From: Chloroflexota bacterium
GTDB taxonomy: Bacteria; Chloroflexota; Limnocylindria; Limnocylindrales; CSP1-4
Reading direction: 5' to 3'
Assembly: GCA_016191425.1 (NCBI GenBank)
Contig: JACPOR010000008.1
Coordinates: 13,835-77,834 of the forward strand
Length of the DNA: 64,000 nt
The notes under the pieces were generated by a model that was not told where the DNA came from, did no database searches, and was given only the letters and a program-made list of their open reading frames with translations. This document shows, piece by piece, positions 9,131-18,666 of this stretch (positions are counted from its first letter, which is position 1; each line of letters begins with the position of its first letter). The position numbers and the translations under genes were made by a program.

Positions 9131-9886
9131 TTGGACCAGTCAACTATGCCAAAGCGAACGAGCGGCGTCGCCCTGTGGGCGGCCATGGCCACCCTCTACG
9201 TGGTCTGGGGCTCCACGTACCTCGGGATTGCGATCGCCATCGAGAGCATTCCCCCATTCCTCATGCTCGCCATCCGATTCGCCATCGCCGGTTCACTCCT
9301 GGTCGCCGTGGAGATCGTCCGGGGTGACCTCCTCCGGGTCCGGCCATCGCGTCGCCAGATCCGCGACGCCGCCATCGTGGGAGCCCTCCTGCTCGGTATC
9401 GGCAACGGCTTCGTGGCGTTCGGCGAGCTGACGGTCGCGTCCGGGATCGCGGCGATGCTCATCGCGCTCATGCCGGTCTGGCTCGCGGTGCTCGGCTGGA
9501 TCTACTTCCGCGATCGCCTTCCGATCGTCGTGGTGGCTGGAATCGCCCTTGGGATGGCGGGGGTCACGCTCCTCGTCTGGCCACAGGGAGGCGTGGCCTT
9601 CGAGGTCGTGGGAATCGTTGCCCTGCTCGTCAGCCCGTTCGGTTGGGCCCATGGCTCGCTCTTCTCCGCGAGGAAGGCCGACCTCCCTGGCCGGCCCCTG
9701 ACATCGACCGCCGTCCAGATGCTGGCGGGCTCCGTCGTCCTGCTCATCGAAGGTGTTCTCACCGGTGAGCTCGGGGCGCTCGGCGCGAGGTCGATCGCCG
9801 ACCCGGAGGAAGCCATTTCGATGCGACCGGCCGTCGCCGACCTGGTCAGCCTCGAGCCCGACCCTCAGCGAATACGGCCCCAATGA
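9131..9886 (+). CDS. EamA/DMT transporter (YedA-like), C-terminally incomplete, possible pseudogene
   Basis: LYVVWGSTYLGI and PPFLMLAIRF signature. The second EamA repeat stops after about two helices and passes into a hydrophilic tail. Start is 9131 (TTG) or 9146 (ATG). Confidence 0.8.
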   Translation: MDQSTMPKRTSGVALWAAMATLYVVWGSTYLGIAIAIESIPPFLMLAIRFAIAGSLLVAVEIVRGDLLRVRPSRRQIRDAAIVGALLLGIGNGFVAFGELTVASGIAAMLIALMPVWLAVLGWIYFRDRLPIVVVAGIALGMAGVTLLVWPQGGVAFEVVGIVALLVSPFGWAHGSLFSARKADLPGRPLTSTAVQMLAGSVVLLIEGVLTGELGALGARSIADPEEAISMRPAVADLVSLEPDPQRIRPQ

Positions 9887-9977
9887 TCCGTCGGCGAGGG
9901 ACGCGAGGTACGAACCTCGGGCGTGCTGAACCGCCCGGCCGCGGTCTCCAGTCCGGTTGGCTGGAGCGGGAAGTTGG

Positions 9978-11216
9978 TCAGGCCCGACCCGCGCCGGCGG
10001 CGACGGACGCGGGGAGGCGGTCGACACCCTGTGCGGGAAGGGGCTCGCACCGAATCGGCCGATCCTCGCGATAGCCGAGGGCGTAGTCGGCCTGGATCAA
10101 GGTGTGCAGCTGGCTGGTCCCCTCGTAGATGACCGCGGCCTTGGCGTTCCTGAGGTAGCGCTCCACGGGGAACTCGTTGCTGTACCCGTTCGCGCCGTGG
10201 ATCTGGATGGCGTCGAGGGCGCTCGCGACCGCGTGGTCCGTTGCGTGCCACTTCGCAAGGGACGTCTCACGCGTATTGCGGACCCCGTGGTTCTTCAGGA
10301 ACGCCGCGCGCCAGACGAGAAGCCGCCCGGCCTCGATGCCGGCGACCATCTTGGCCAGCATCTGCTTGACGAGCTGGTGCCGCCCGATCTCCACGCCGAA
10401 CGTCTCGCGCTCGTGGGCGTACTTGAGGGACGCATCGAGGCAGGCCTGGGCCAGGCCCACGTTTCCGGCCGCGACGGTGAAGCGCCCCTGGTCGATGGCG
10501 CTCATCGCGATGAGGAAACCCTCGCCTTCCTCACCGATCCGATGCTCGGCCGGGACGCGGACCTCGTCGAGGTTGATCAGCCCGGTATTGCCGGCCCGGA
10601 TCCCGAGCTTGCCGTGCAGGGTCCCGGTCGTGAGCCCGGTCATGCCGCGCTCGAGGAGGAACGCGGTGACGCCCTTGTGCTTCTTCGACCGATCGACCGA
10701 CGCGAAGACGAGGAAATGATCGGCGATGTCGGCGAGGCTGATCCAGATCTTCTGGCCGTTGAGGACGTAGGAATCGCCGTCCCGACGCGCGGTCGTGGCG
10801 AGGTTCGCCGCATCCGTCCCGACGCCGGGTTCGGTCAATCCGAAGGTCGCCAGCTTCTCGCCGCGGGCCTGAGGCACGAGCCAGCGCTGGCGCTGCTCGT
10901 CCGTGGCCCATTGCATCAGGGTCAACGAGTTGAGCCCGACGTGGACGCTCTGGACGACCCGGAACGCCGTGTCGGCCCGCTCCAGCTCCTCGCAGATGAT
11001 CGCGAAGCTCAGGTAGTCCATGCCCGAACCGCCCCACGCCTCCCATATGGGGGCGCCGAGCAGTCCGAGTTCGCCCATCCTGCTGAAGACCTCGCGATGG
11101 ACCTCGCCGCTCTCATCCCAGGCACGGATGTAGGGCAGGATCTCGTTCTCGGCGAAGTCGCGAACGGTCTGCTGGACGAGCCTGTTCTCGTCGGTCAGGC
11201 GGAGGTCGATGGACAC
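9978..11216 (-). CDS. Acyl-CoA dehydrogenase
   Basis: FGLTEPGVGTD, LNGQKIWIS, AIQIHGANGY, IYEGTSQ. GTG start follows a GAGGT RBS. Confidence 0.95.
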   Translation of the reverse strand: MSIDLRLTDENRLVQQTVRDFAENEILPYIRAWDESGEVHREVFSRMGELGLLGAPIWEAWGGSGMDYLSFAIICEELERADTAFRVVQSVHVGLNSLTLMQWATDEQRQRWLVPQARGEKLATFGLTEPGVGTDAANLATTARRDGDSYVLNGQKIWISLADIADHFLVFASVDRSKKHKGVTAFLLERGMTGLTTGTLHGKLGIRAGNTGLINLDEVRVPAEHRIGEEGEGFLIAMSAIDQGRFTVAAGNVGLAQACLDASLKYAHERETFGVEIGRHQLVKQMLAKMVAGIEAGRLLVWRAAFLKNHGVRNTRETSLAKWHATDHAVASALDAIQIHGANGYSNEFPVERYLRNAKAAVIYEGTSQLHTLIQADYALGYREDRPIRCEPLPAQGVDRLPASVAAGAGRA

Positions 11217-11300
11217 GGGTACCTCGATCGAGTGGAATGCCGGGTGCCTGCGCATCATGCCACCGCGTGGCCCGGGGATGCCTGCCTATACTCGTCCGAC

Positions 11301-12599
11301 ATGGCCGACCAGACGTCCGACCTCGATCTCGCCGTCCTTGCCGGCGGGCACCTGACCCCGGTCCTCGGGCGCTATTTCGAGCGCTCCTGGAGCCACGGCG
11401 TCGGTCACCGGCTGTACGACACGAGCGGCAAGGCTTACCTCGACTTCGCCAACGGCATCGCCGTGACGGCACTCGGCCATGCCCATCCGGCCGTGACGGC
11501 CGCCATCCACGCCCAGGTGGACCGCCTGATCGGCCCGACCGGCGCCATCGGCTACTCGGAGCCCGTCGTCCGCCTCGTCGACCGGCTTGCCGCGACGCTG
11601 CCCGACCCGATCGATTCGATCTTCCTGCTGAACTCGGGCTCGGAGGCCATCGACGGCGCCATGAAGCTCGCCCGTCGCGTCAGCGGTCGGCCGGTGATCA
11701 TCGGTTTCGCTGGCGCGTTTCACGGGCGGACGTACGGGGCCACGTCGATCACGAGCTCGTCGCCGAACTACCGGCGCGGCTATGAACCCCTGCTGCCGTC
11801 CATCTATCTCGCGCCGTTCCCGTCGGTCTGGCGGGAATTCGACGGCGACGAGGACCGGGCGACGGAGGTCTCGCTGCAACGCCTCCGGACGATGTTCGCC
11901 GGTGTGGTGCCGGCGTCAACGGTCGCGGCCATCTTCATCGAGCCCATCCAGGGCGAGGGAGGCTACCTGCCCGCCCCGACGTCATTCCTGCGCGGCTTGC
12001 GGGAACTCTGTGACGAGCACGGAATCCTGCTCGTCGCCGACGAAATCCAGACCGGCTACGGGCGTACCGGCGCGATGTGGGCGTTCGAGCGAGCCGGAAT
12101 CGTGCCGGACGTCGTCTGCATCGCCAAGGCCATCGCCAACGGGCTTCCGCTGTCGGCGATCGCGACGTCCCGGGACCTGCAGGAGCGCTGGGGTCGTGGC
12201 GCCCACGGATCGACGTACGGCGGCAACCCGGTGGCCTGCGCGGCTGCGCTGGCGGTCCTCGAGACCATCGAGAGCGAAGGGCTCGTGGCGAACGCCGCGG
12301 CTCGCGGAGCGGAGCTGACGGCGGGCCTCAGCCGACTCCAGGCCGAGGACGAACGCATCGGCGATGTCCGCGGACCGGGCCTGATGGTGGGCGTGGAACT
12401 CGTCTCGGACCGGGCGTCGAAGAAGGCGGATGGCGCACTGGTGGATCGACTCGTGGCAAGGGCGGCCGACCTGGGACTCCTCATCCTGGCATGCGGGGTC
12501 GAGCACCAGGTTGTTCGCTGGATCCCGCCCATTGACGCGTCGCGCGCCGAAATTGCCGAAGCCCTCGAGATCTTCGGCGAGGCGCTCCGGACGGTCTGA
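11301..12599 (+). CDS. gabT: Class III PLP aminotransferase (4-aminobutyrate aminotransferase-like)
   Basis: YLDFANGIAV, NSGSEA, FHGRT, IEPIQGEGGY, DEIQTGYGRTG, AKAIANG. The track's N-terminal extension is the antisense shadow of the neighbouring gene. Confidence 0.9.
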   Translation: MADQTSDLDLAVLAGGHLTPVLGRYFERSWSHGVGHRLYDTSGKAYLDFANGIAVTALGHAHPAVTAAIHAQVDRLIGPTGAIGYSEPVVRLVDRLAATLPDPIDSIFLLNSGSEAIDGAMKLARRVSGRPVIIGFAGAFHGRTYGATSITSSSPNYRRGYEPLLPSIYLAPFPSVWREFDGDEDRATEVSLQRLRTMFAGVVPASTVAAIFIEPIQGEGGYLPAPTSFLRGLRELCDEHGILLVADEIQTGYGRTGAMWAFERAGIVPDVVCIAKAIANGLPLSAIATSRDLQERWGRGAHGSTYGGNPVACAAALAVLETIESEGLVANAAARGAELTAGLSRLQAEDERIGDVRGPGLMVGVELVSDRASKKADGALVDRLVARAADLGLLILACGVEHQVVRWIPPIDASRAEIAEALEIFGEALRTV

Positions 12600-12604
12600 C
12601 CACC

Positions 12605-12721
12605 GCCCGGCGGCACTCGCCTGTGGGCTGCGGCCCGGCGGCACTCGCCTGTGGGCTGCGGCCCGGCGGCACTCGCCTGTGGGCTGCGGCCCGGCGGCAC
12701 TCGCCTGTGGGCTGCGGCCCG
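12605..12721. repeat. Perfect tandem repeat, 4 x 28 bp (GCCCGGCGGCACTCGCCTGTGGGCTGCG)
   Basis: Units start at 12605, 12633, 12661 and 12689, plus a 5-bp partial unit. No spacers. Confidence 0.97.
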
Positions 12722-13226
12722 CAAGCCGATTATCGGTTCTGGTGCAATCAGTTCGTCTTGCCGCCGAGCCGAGTCCGTCCGGTGCGGACGAGTGCGGTCC
12801 GGCTGGTTGCAGACGTGAACGTACCGGTGGGTATGAGGTGAGGGAAGCCGTACTTCGGTCCAATCGGGGGCAGTACCCCCGGTGCGGGGTGCCCTGTGCG
12901 GTTTCGGCGTGGTCTGGAGGCATCCGGTTTCGTCATCGGCCCGAGGCCGGAGTGGTCGCGGCCCGCTGCGTGCGCATGGCGCCCGGGCGTTCGTTCCGGG
13001 GGTGCCGGTTCGGCCTGATTGGACTGGCACACGGTACGGACCGACCGTCCACTCCCCACACGCGTGGTAGGCGGCAATTGCGGGAATGAGACGCCTCATC
13101 GAAACGCAGACCACGCTCAACATCGCCGGGTGTACGGTCCGGACCCCGCCTACCACTCCCCAGGCGAGTGCTCCGGAACGCCGCCGCACCCGTGGGATAA
13201 TCCGGACCTCGCATCGAGGTTGCGCG

Positions 13227-13616
13227 CTGAGCTACTGGATCGTGGCGCTGGGACTGGTGGCCTTCGGGTTCGTGACCGGGTTCAGCATCGGCGCGCCGTT
13301 CTTCCTGGTCGGGCTTGCCCTGCTCGTCCTCGGGCCGCTTCGCCGCCGACCGCGCATCTTCTGGCCCCCACTCATCGGGCTCCTCGCGTTCATCCTCGGC
13401 GTGCTCATGTTCATTCCGCTGTCCTGCACGGCGATCGACGGGGTCGGCCAGGTCTCGAGCACCGTGTGCTCGGGCATCCTCGGACCGCCCTGGTCGGGCT
13501 CGGGGCTGTACAACCCACCGCCCGAGGCGTTCGCGCTGGCTTTCCGCTCCGGGGCCGTGGCCGGGGTCGCGGCCGCAATCGTGACCCTGGCGTGGCTGAC
13601 CTACCGCCGGCGATAG
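13227..13616 (+). CDS. Small hypothetical membrane protein; start uncertain
   Basis: Several hydrophobic segments (YWIVALGLVAFGFV..., LIGLLAFILGVLMF..., VAGVAAAIVTLAWL) and a Cys pair in a loop. GAGGT precedes CTG at 13227; the ORF is open from 13086. Confidence 0.65.
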   Translation: MSYWIVALGLVAFGFVTGFSIGAPFFLVGLALLVLGPLRRRPRIFWPPLIGLLAFILGVLMFIPLSCTAIDGVGQVSSTVCSGILGPPWSGSGLYNPPPEAFALAFRSGAVAGVAAAIVTLAWLTYRRR

Positions 13617-13719
13617 GATCCGCCCGGGAGCGGGCCGTCATCGGGGCCGTTCTGACGGAAACCATGGCCGACACAGACCTGCCGACCGCTGCGTGGCGAT
13701 AATCAGAAAGTGCTCAAAT

Positions 13720-13795
13720 TGGCGCCCCCGGCAGGATTCGAACCTGCGACCTTCCGCTTAGAAGGCGGCTGCTCTGTCCACTGAGCTACGGGGAC
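13720..13795 (-). tRNA. tRNA-Arg (anticodon TCT)
   Basis: 76-nt cloverleaf GTCCCCG...CTTCTAA...GGTTCGAATCC...CGGGGGCGCCA with encoded CCA. Confidence 0.97.
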
Positions 13796-13839
13796 TGGCC
13801 CAACTCTACCGCAGGGTTCGCGCGCGCTACGCTAGGCCC

Positions 13840-14865
13840 ATGGCACCGACCGCATCCTGGATCGCGTCCCGGCCGGAGGTTTCGATGGCTGAGGCCGCGA
13901 CGGCCCTCCAGCGCTGGTGGGGTCTCGCGGGGCAGCTCGACGATCTGCCGAGCGAGCGCGATCGGAACGTGCTCGTGCGTGACGTCGACGGCCGACCGAC
14001 CCATGTCCTCAAGATCGCCAACCTGGCTGAGGAACCGGCGTTCCTCGAATGTCAGCACGAGGCCATGGTCCGGGTCGGGCGGGGAGGGGTGCCCGTCCAG
14101 CAGGTGACCACGGCCGTCGATGGGCGGGAACTCGTGGCCCTCGGTGACCCCGGCCCGCCGTGGGCCCGCGTCCTCACCTGGCTGCCGGGCCGGACGCTCG
14201 CCTTGATCACCGCGCCGAGCAGCGATCTCTGGACGAACCTCGGCGCGACGATGGGTCGCAGCGCCACGGCCCTCCTCGACTTCGATCACCCGGCCGCGCG
14301 CCGGGAATTCCAATGGGACGTGTTGCGGGCCGAATCCGTCATCGCCGGCGGGCTCGGCGATGTCGATGACCCGGACCACCGACGCTTGCTCGCCGGAGTC
14401 CACGATCGCCTCCGAGCGGACCTCGTCCCGCGACTCACGACCCTCCGCCGGAGCCCAATCCACAACGATGCCAACGATCACAACGTCCTTGTGAACGACA
14501 ACGGGTCGCGCGTCGCCGGGCTCCTGGACTTCGGCGACATGGTCCATTCCGTGACGGCCCAGGAAGCCGCGGTGACCTGTGCCTATGCAATGTTTGGCCG
14601 TGGTGATCCCGTCGCGGTCATGGAGGCCGTGGTGGCGGGCTTCACAACCACCTGTCCCCTTACCGTCGACGAGCTGGACGCGCTGCCGTCGCTGATCCTT
14701 GCGAGGCTGGCCATGAGCGTTGCCATCGCCGCCAGCCAGGCACGCCTCTCCCCGGACCCCTACCTGCGTGTATCCGAAGAGCCTGCCTGGGACCTGCTCA
14801 AACGACTCGCTGCGATGCCCCCGTCCCAGCTGCGCGAGCATGCCCACGGAGCCGCGGGCCGATGA
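13840..14865 (+). CDS. APH-family phosphotransferase (hydroxylysine kinase-like)
   Basis: LPSERDRN, VLKIAN, IHNDANDHNVLV catalytic loop, LLDFGD. Confidence 0.9.
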   Translation: MAPTASWIASRPEVSMAEAATALQRWWGLAGQLDDLPSERDRNVLVRDVDGRPTHVLKIANLAEEPAFLECQHEAMVRVGRGGVPVQQVTTAVDGRELVALGDPGPPWARVLTWLPGRTLALITAPSSDLWTNLGATMGRSATALLDFDHPAARREFQWDVLRAESVIAGGLGDVDDPDHRRLLAGVHDRLRADLVPRLTTLRRSPIHNDANDHNVLVNDNGSRVAGLLDFGDMVHSVTAQEAAVTCAYAMFGRGDPVAVMEAVVAGFTTTCPLTVDELDALPSLILARLAMSVAIAASQARLSPDPYLRVSEEPAWDLLKRLAAMPPSQLREHAHGAAGR

Positions 14866-16193
14866 GCGCGGCCTCGATGAACACTGTCGACCTCCTCGCG
14901 CGGCGCCGTCGGCGCCTCGGAGCAGACCTGTCGCTGAGCTATCGCGCGCCTTTGACGATCGTCCGGGGCAGTGGTGCGCACCTGTACGACGCGGACGGCC
15001 GCGCGTATCTCGACCTCGTGAACAACGTCGCGCACGTCGGGCATGCCCATCCGCGTGTCGTCGAGGCCGCCGCGCGCCAGAAGGCTCTCCTCGAGACGAA
15101 CACGCGGTACCTGCACCCACTGATCCTCGACTACGCGGACCGCCTGACGGCAACGCTCCCGGCGGGCCTCGACGTTGTCCACCTCGTCAACTCCGGCAGC
15201 GAGGCGAACGAATTTGCCCTCCGGATGGCCCGAACCGTGACCGGACGGCGTGACGTGGCCGCCCTCGAGTCGGGCTACCACGGCAACACCAGCGGGCTCG
15301 TGGACATCAGCCCGTACAAGTTCGATGGACCGGGCGGTTCAGGGCGCCCGGCAAGCACCCATGTCGCTCCTCTTCCCGATCCGTATCGCGGTCGCCACTC
15401 GGGCGACGGACCGCGGCCCGGCACGACCGAGGGCCGCGTGCAGGCGCATCCGTACCTCGCCGATCTCGAAGCCGTCCTGACGGCGGCCGCGGACGATGGT
15501 CACCCCGTCGGCGCGTTCTTCATGGAATCCGCGCCCGGGTCAGCGGGTCAGGTCGTTCCACCGCCTGGCTACGTGTCGGGCGCCTTCGAGGTGGCCCGCG
15601 CGGCCGGCGCGCTCGCCATCGCCGATGAGGTCCAGGTTGGCTTGGGCCGCGTCGGCAGTCACTGGTGGGCATTCGAGGTCGACGGCGCGATGCCGGACAT
15701 CGTCACGATGGGCAAGCCGCTCGGCAACGGCCATCCGCTCGGGGCGGTCGTGACGACGCGCGCCGTCGCCGACGCGTTCGCGAACGGGATGGAGTATTTC
15801 AACACGTTCGGTGGCAACCCGGTCTCGGCCGCGGTCGGAATCGCCGTTCTCGACGTCATCGAGGAAGAGGGGCTCAGAGCGCGCGCGCTCGAGTCCGGGG
15901 CACGATTCGTCGCCGGCCTGCGCGAACTCGCCGGGCGGCATCAGGCAATCGGTGACGTGCGGGGCCTCGGGCTGTTCCTCGGCGTGGTCCTCGTCCGGGA
16001 TCGGGCGACGCGCGAACCGGCAACAGAACTTGCCGCCGCCGTTGTCGAAGGAGCTTTGGCGCACGGCATATTGCTCAGTGCGGACGGGCCGGATCATGAG
16101 GTCCTCAAGATCAAGCCGCCGCTCGTGATCACGGAGGCGGACGTGGACCGAACCATCGAGACCCTCGACCTCCTGCTGGCCGAACTCGCCTGA
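14862..16193 (+). CDS. Class III aminotransferase-fold phospho-lyase (PHYKPL/ETNPPL-like)
   Basis: [62 protein letters not shown]-coupled to the kinase gene. Confidence 0.9.
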   Translation: MSAASMNTVDLLARRRRRLGADLSLSYRAPLTIVRGSGAHLYDADGRAYLDLVNNVAHVGHAHPRVVEAAARQKALLETNTRYLHPLILDYADRLTATLPAGLDVVHLVNSGSEANEFALRMARTVTGRRDVAALESGYHGNTSGLVDISPYKFDGPGGSGRPASTHVAPLPDPYRGRHSGDGPRPGTTEGRVQAHPYLADLEAVLTAAADDGHPVGAFFMESAPGSAGQVVPPPGYVSGAFEVARAAGALAIADEVQVGLGRVGSHWWAFEVDGAMPDIVTMGKPLGNGHPLGAVVTTRAVADAFANGMEYFNTFGGNPVSAAVGIAVLDVIEEEGLRARALESGARFVAGLRELAGRHQAIGDVRGLGLFLGVVLVRDRATREPATELAAAVVEGALAHGILLSADGPDHEVLKIKPPLVITEADVDRTIETLDLLLAELA

Positions 16194-16251
16194 ACGTCGC
16201 GTCGACGTGGCGCGTTTCGCCGCTCGCCGGAAAATTGCGCCGTTCGACCTA

Positions 16252-16282
16252 TTGACAGGCGGGGGGATGCACGGGCTATGGT
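16252..16282 (+). promoter_or_regulatory. Possible sigma70 promoter of the DNA methyltransferase gene
   Basis: TTGACA at 16252 and TATGGT at 16277; the 19-nt spacer is longer than optimal. Confidence 0.35.
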
Positions 16283-16342
16283 CACCGGCCCCGACGGGTG
16301 CACCGGGTTGCGCCGGCGGGCGACGGGAGCCCAGACCGCCAG

Positions 16343-17695
16343 ATGGCCGCGATTTCCGGCGCCGAGAGCGCCGCGCCGACCCAGCTCGACCTCGAGCTAT
16401 CCACCGAGTTGCCGCGCCTCGGGATCGAGCCCGAATGGAAGGCGCAGCGGCGGCTGTGGGGGCATCCGTTCCATCCGATGTGCTCGTACCTCGCGAGCTT
16501 CCCGGCCGCCCTGAGCCACGCGTTCATCGCCCGGTACAGCCGGCCGGGAGACGTCGTCCTGGATCCGTTCGCGGGGCGCGGGACGGTCCCGCTCCAGGCG
16601 AGCGCGGAGGGCCGGATCGGGGTCGGCAACGATCTCAATCCGTTCGCCCATCTCCTCACGGCATCGAAAGTGGAACCGGCGACGGCCGCCGAATCCAGAA
16701 CGCGGCTGGCGCGACTCCGACTCGCCTGGCCGGCAGCGTCGGCCCGTTACCTGGAACTCGCTGCGGCCATCCAGCACGACCCCGCTGGCGGGGGCCCGGA
16801 GCCTGTTCCGGCCGAAGTGGCGATCGCCTTCCACCCGACGACCTTCGGGCAGCTCCTCTACGTCCGGGATGCCCTGGATCTCGATGATCGAGTGGACCGC
16901 TTCCTGGCGGCCGCCATCACCGGGATCCTCCACGGCAAGAGTGCCTCGTACCTGTCGGAGCTGATGCCCAACACGTTCAGCATGGCGCCCCGATATGTGC
17001 GCGACTTCGCCGCGCGGACCCAGTTCGCGTCACCGGAGCGTGACGTGTTCGCCGGACTCGCGGCGAAGCTCGACCGACTCTTCCGTGCCCCACTTCCGGG
17101 CTCGGCCGGGATCTCTCTCCTCGGCGATGCCAGGGACGCCGGGCGTCGGGCCGCGTCCACACTCCGATCTCGAGGGCTTCCTGACCGCATCCGGCTGGTC
17201 GTGACATCGCCGCCGTACCTGCGGGTGGTCAAGTACGGCTACTACAACTGGTTGCGCGCCTGGTTCCTCGGCTTTGATCCACGCGCTATCGACGCGACGC
17301 TCGACGACGCGCACCACCGAGCGCCGTACCTCGCCTTCATGCGCGAGGTCCTCCATGGGCTCCGGCCGGCTCTGACCGACGACGCAATCCTGGTGCTCGT
17401 GATCGGCGACGTCGCGACCGATCGCGGTCGCACCATCAGGAACGGCATCGGCCTGGCCGAACAGGTCTGGGCGGAGGCCGCGGCTCCCGAAGGCTACAAG
17501 CTGGCCGGCGTTGCGCTGGATGACGTCCATCCCGCGCGCAAGATGACCAAGCTGTGGGGTGCCGAGGCGGGCCGAGCGACGCAACTGGACCGAATTCTCG
17601 TCCTCGGCGCGACCGACCTCAGCCGCCGAAGAGCCCTCAGTGGAGCCTCGGTTCCCGTCGACTGGACGTGGCCGCCCCGACTGCGCGCGCTGTAG
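16343..17695 (+). CDS. Orphan amino-type DNA methyltransferase (probably N4-cytosine, alpha motif order)
   Basis: FHPMCSYLASFP, VLDPFAGRGT (motif I) precedes VVTSPPY (motif IV). No adjacent restriction endonuclease. Confidence 0.88.
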   Translation: MAAISGAESAAPTQLDLELSTELPRLGIEPEWKAQRRLWGHPFHPMCSYLASFPAALSHAFIARYSRPGDVVLDPFAGRGTVPLQASAEGRIGVGNDLNPFAHLLTASKVEPATAAESRTRLARLRLAWPAASARYLELAAAIQHDPAGGGPEPVPAEVAIAFHPTTFGQLLYVRDALDLDDRVDRFLAAAITGILHGKSASYLSELMPNTFSMAPRYVRDFAARTQFASPERDVFAGLAAKLDRLFRAPLPGSAGISLLGDARDAGRRAASTLRSRGLPDRIRLVVTSPPYLRVVKYGYYNWLRAWFLGFDPRAIDATLDDAHHRAPYLAFMREVLHGLRPALTDDAILVLVIGDVATDRGRTIRNGIGLAEQVWAEAAAPEGYKLAGVALDDVHPARKMTKLWGAEAGRATQLDRILVLGATDLSRRRALSGASVPVDWTWPPRLRAL

Positions 17696-17764
17696 CCCGC
17701 CCTCGCAGGTAGCGGGATCCGCGGGCCCCGGGCCCCGGGCCCCGGGCCCCGCTAGAATGCGGCC

Positions 17765-17992
17765 ATGCAGCAGATGTACCACCCATCCGATCTCGCGTCG
17801 ATGGATCCCCTGGTCCTCATGAAGAACCTGGATCACGTCAGGATGACCAGCCGGCGCCTGAGCTACATCCTCCAGCAGCAGGTCCACCTGTACGTGCCCG
17901 AGGCCAACCAGCTCCGCGAGCAGATCGACCGGTACGTCGAGGCCGAGCGACAGATCGAGGGCGAGATGGCGAGGCGTCGCATTCGCGCCTGA
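17765..17992 (+). CDS. Small hypothetical helical protein (75 aa)
   Basis: Strong GC3 codon usage, TAGAAT 6 nt upstream of ATG, coiled-coil-like C-terminus. Confidence 0.8.
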   Translation: MQQMYHPSDLASMDPLVLMKNLDHVRMTSRRLSYILQQQVHLYVPEANQLREQIDRYVEAERQIEGEMARRRIRA

Positions 17993-18109
17993 ACGACCCC
18001 GTTCGTGGCTGGACGACCCTGCCGGCGGCCGATCGACGGGTGCGACACCCCGGACGACCGCGGTGCCGAAGAGCGCCGAACCCCAGCACGTATGGACAGT
18101 GGCGGGCAG

Positions 18110-18388
18110 TCAGACCTCGGCGGCGATCCTCACGCGAAGGCGAGCCCGGTCCTCCGTGACCACCGCGCTGACCAGCGCGGCGAGGGCCGGCATCTCGAAC
18201 AGCGTGAGCCCGATTCCGTTCGCCGCGAGATCCTCCGATCCCCAGCCCCGAAAGAGGCCTCGGCCGGCAACGCCGCACATTTCGTCATACAGCTCGGGCC
18301 AGCCGACCTTCTTCCGCTCGTAGCAGAACCGGACGAATTCGAGCGCCTCGTCGGACGGCGCTCCCACGGGCGCGGGGCGCGCAACCAT
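18110..18388 (-). CDS. Small hypothetical protein (92 aa)
   Basis: GGAGG RBS upstream; globular-looking sequence EFVRFCYERKKVGWPELYDEMCGVAGRGLFRGW. Confidence 0.78.
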   Translation of the reverse strand: MVARPAPVGAPSDEALEFVRFCYERKKVGWPELYDEMCGVAGRGLFRGWGSEDLAANGIGLTLFEMPALAALVSAVVTEDRARLRVRIAAEV

Positions 18389-18553
18389 CGATATCTATCC
18401 TCCACGTCGATGCGCGACGGAAACTCGCGCGAGGCACGGCGAGATGGACCGTGACCCGCGGCCGGGGGTATCTGGGGGCCGGCGGACGCCCTCCCGAGGT
18501 TCGTTGCCGACGCGGTCATGGTACGTCCGGAGGCACTCTGGCCGATAGGGGTG

Positions 18554-18586
18554 TTCTCCACCTTTTCGTCCACCAAGTTATCCACA
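18554..18586. promoter_or_regulatory. DnaA-box triplet (one perfect, two degenerate)
   Basis: TTCTCCACC at 18554, TCGTCCACC at 18566 and TTATCCACA at 18578; same orientation, 12-bp period, intergenic. Confidence 0.6.
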
Positions 18587-18666
18587 GGCGGTTCCGACCC
18601 CCTGATGCCCATGGTCGAGGCAGTCCCGCCGCGGTGCACTGCCGCCCGGCAATGCTCCCGCTCCTG

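Noticed and set aside
9957-11300. 880-aa aminotransferase fusion in the ORF track
   Set aside because: The extension is antisense to the acyl-CoA dehydrogenase; the likely start is ATG at 11301 after TATACT.
12605-12721. 28-bp repeats as a CRISPR array
   Set aside because: Units are contiguous with no spacers, and there are no cas genes.
12978-12995. TGGCGCCC as an att copy of the tRNA-Arg 3' end
   Set aside because: Only an 8-bp GC-rich match, expected by chance.
18554-18586. DnaA boxes as oriC
   Set aside because: Only one perfect box, no AT-rich unwinding element, and no dnaA, dnaN or parAB neighbours.
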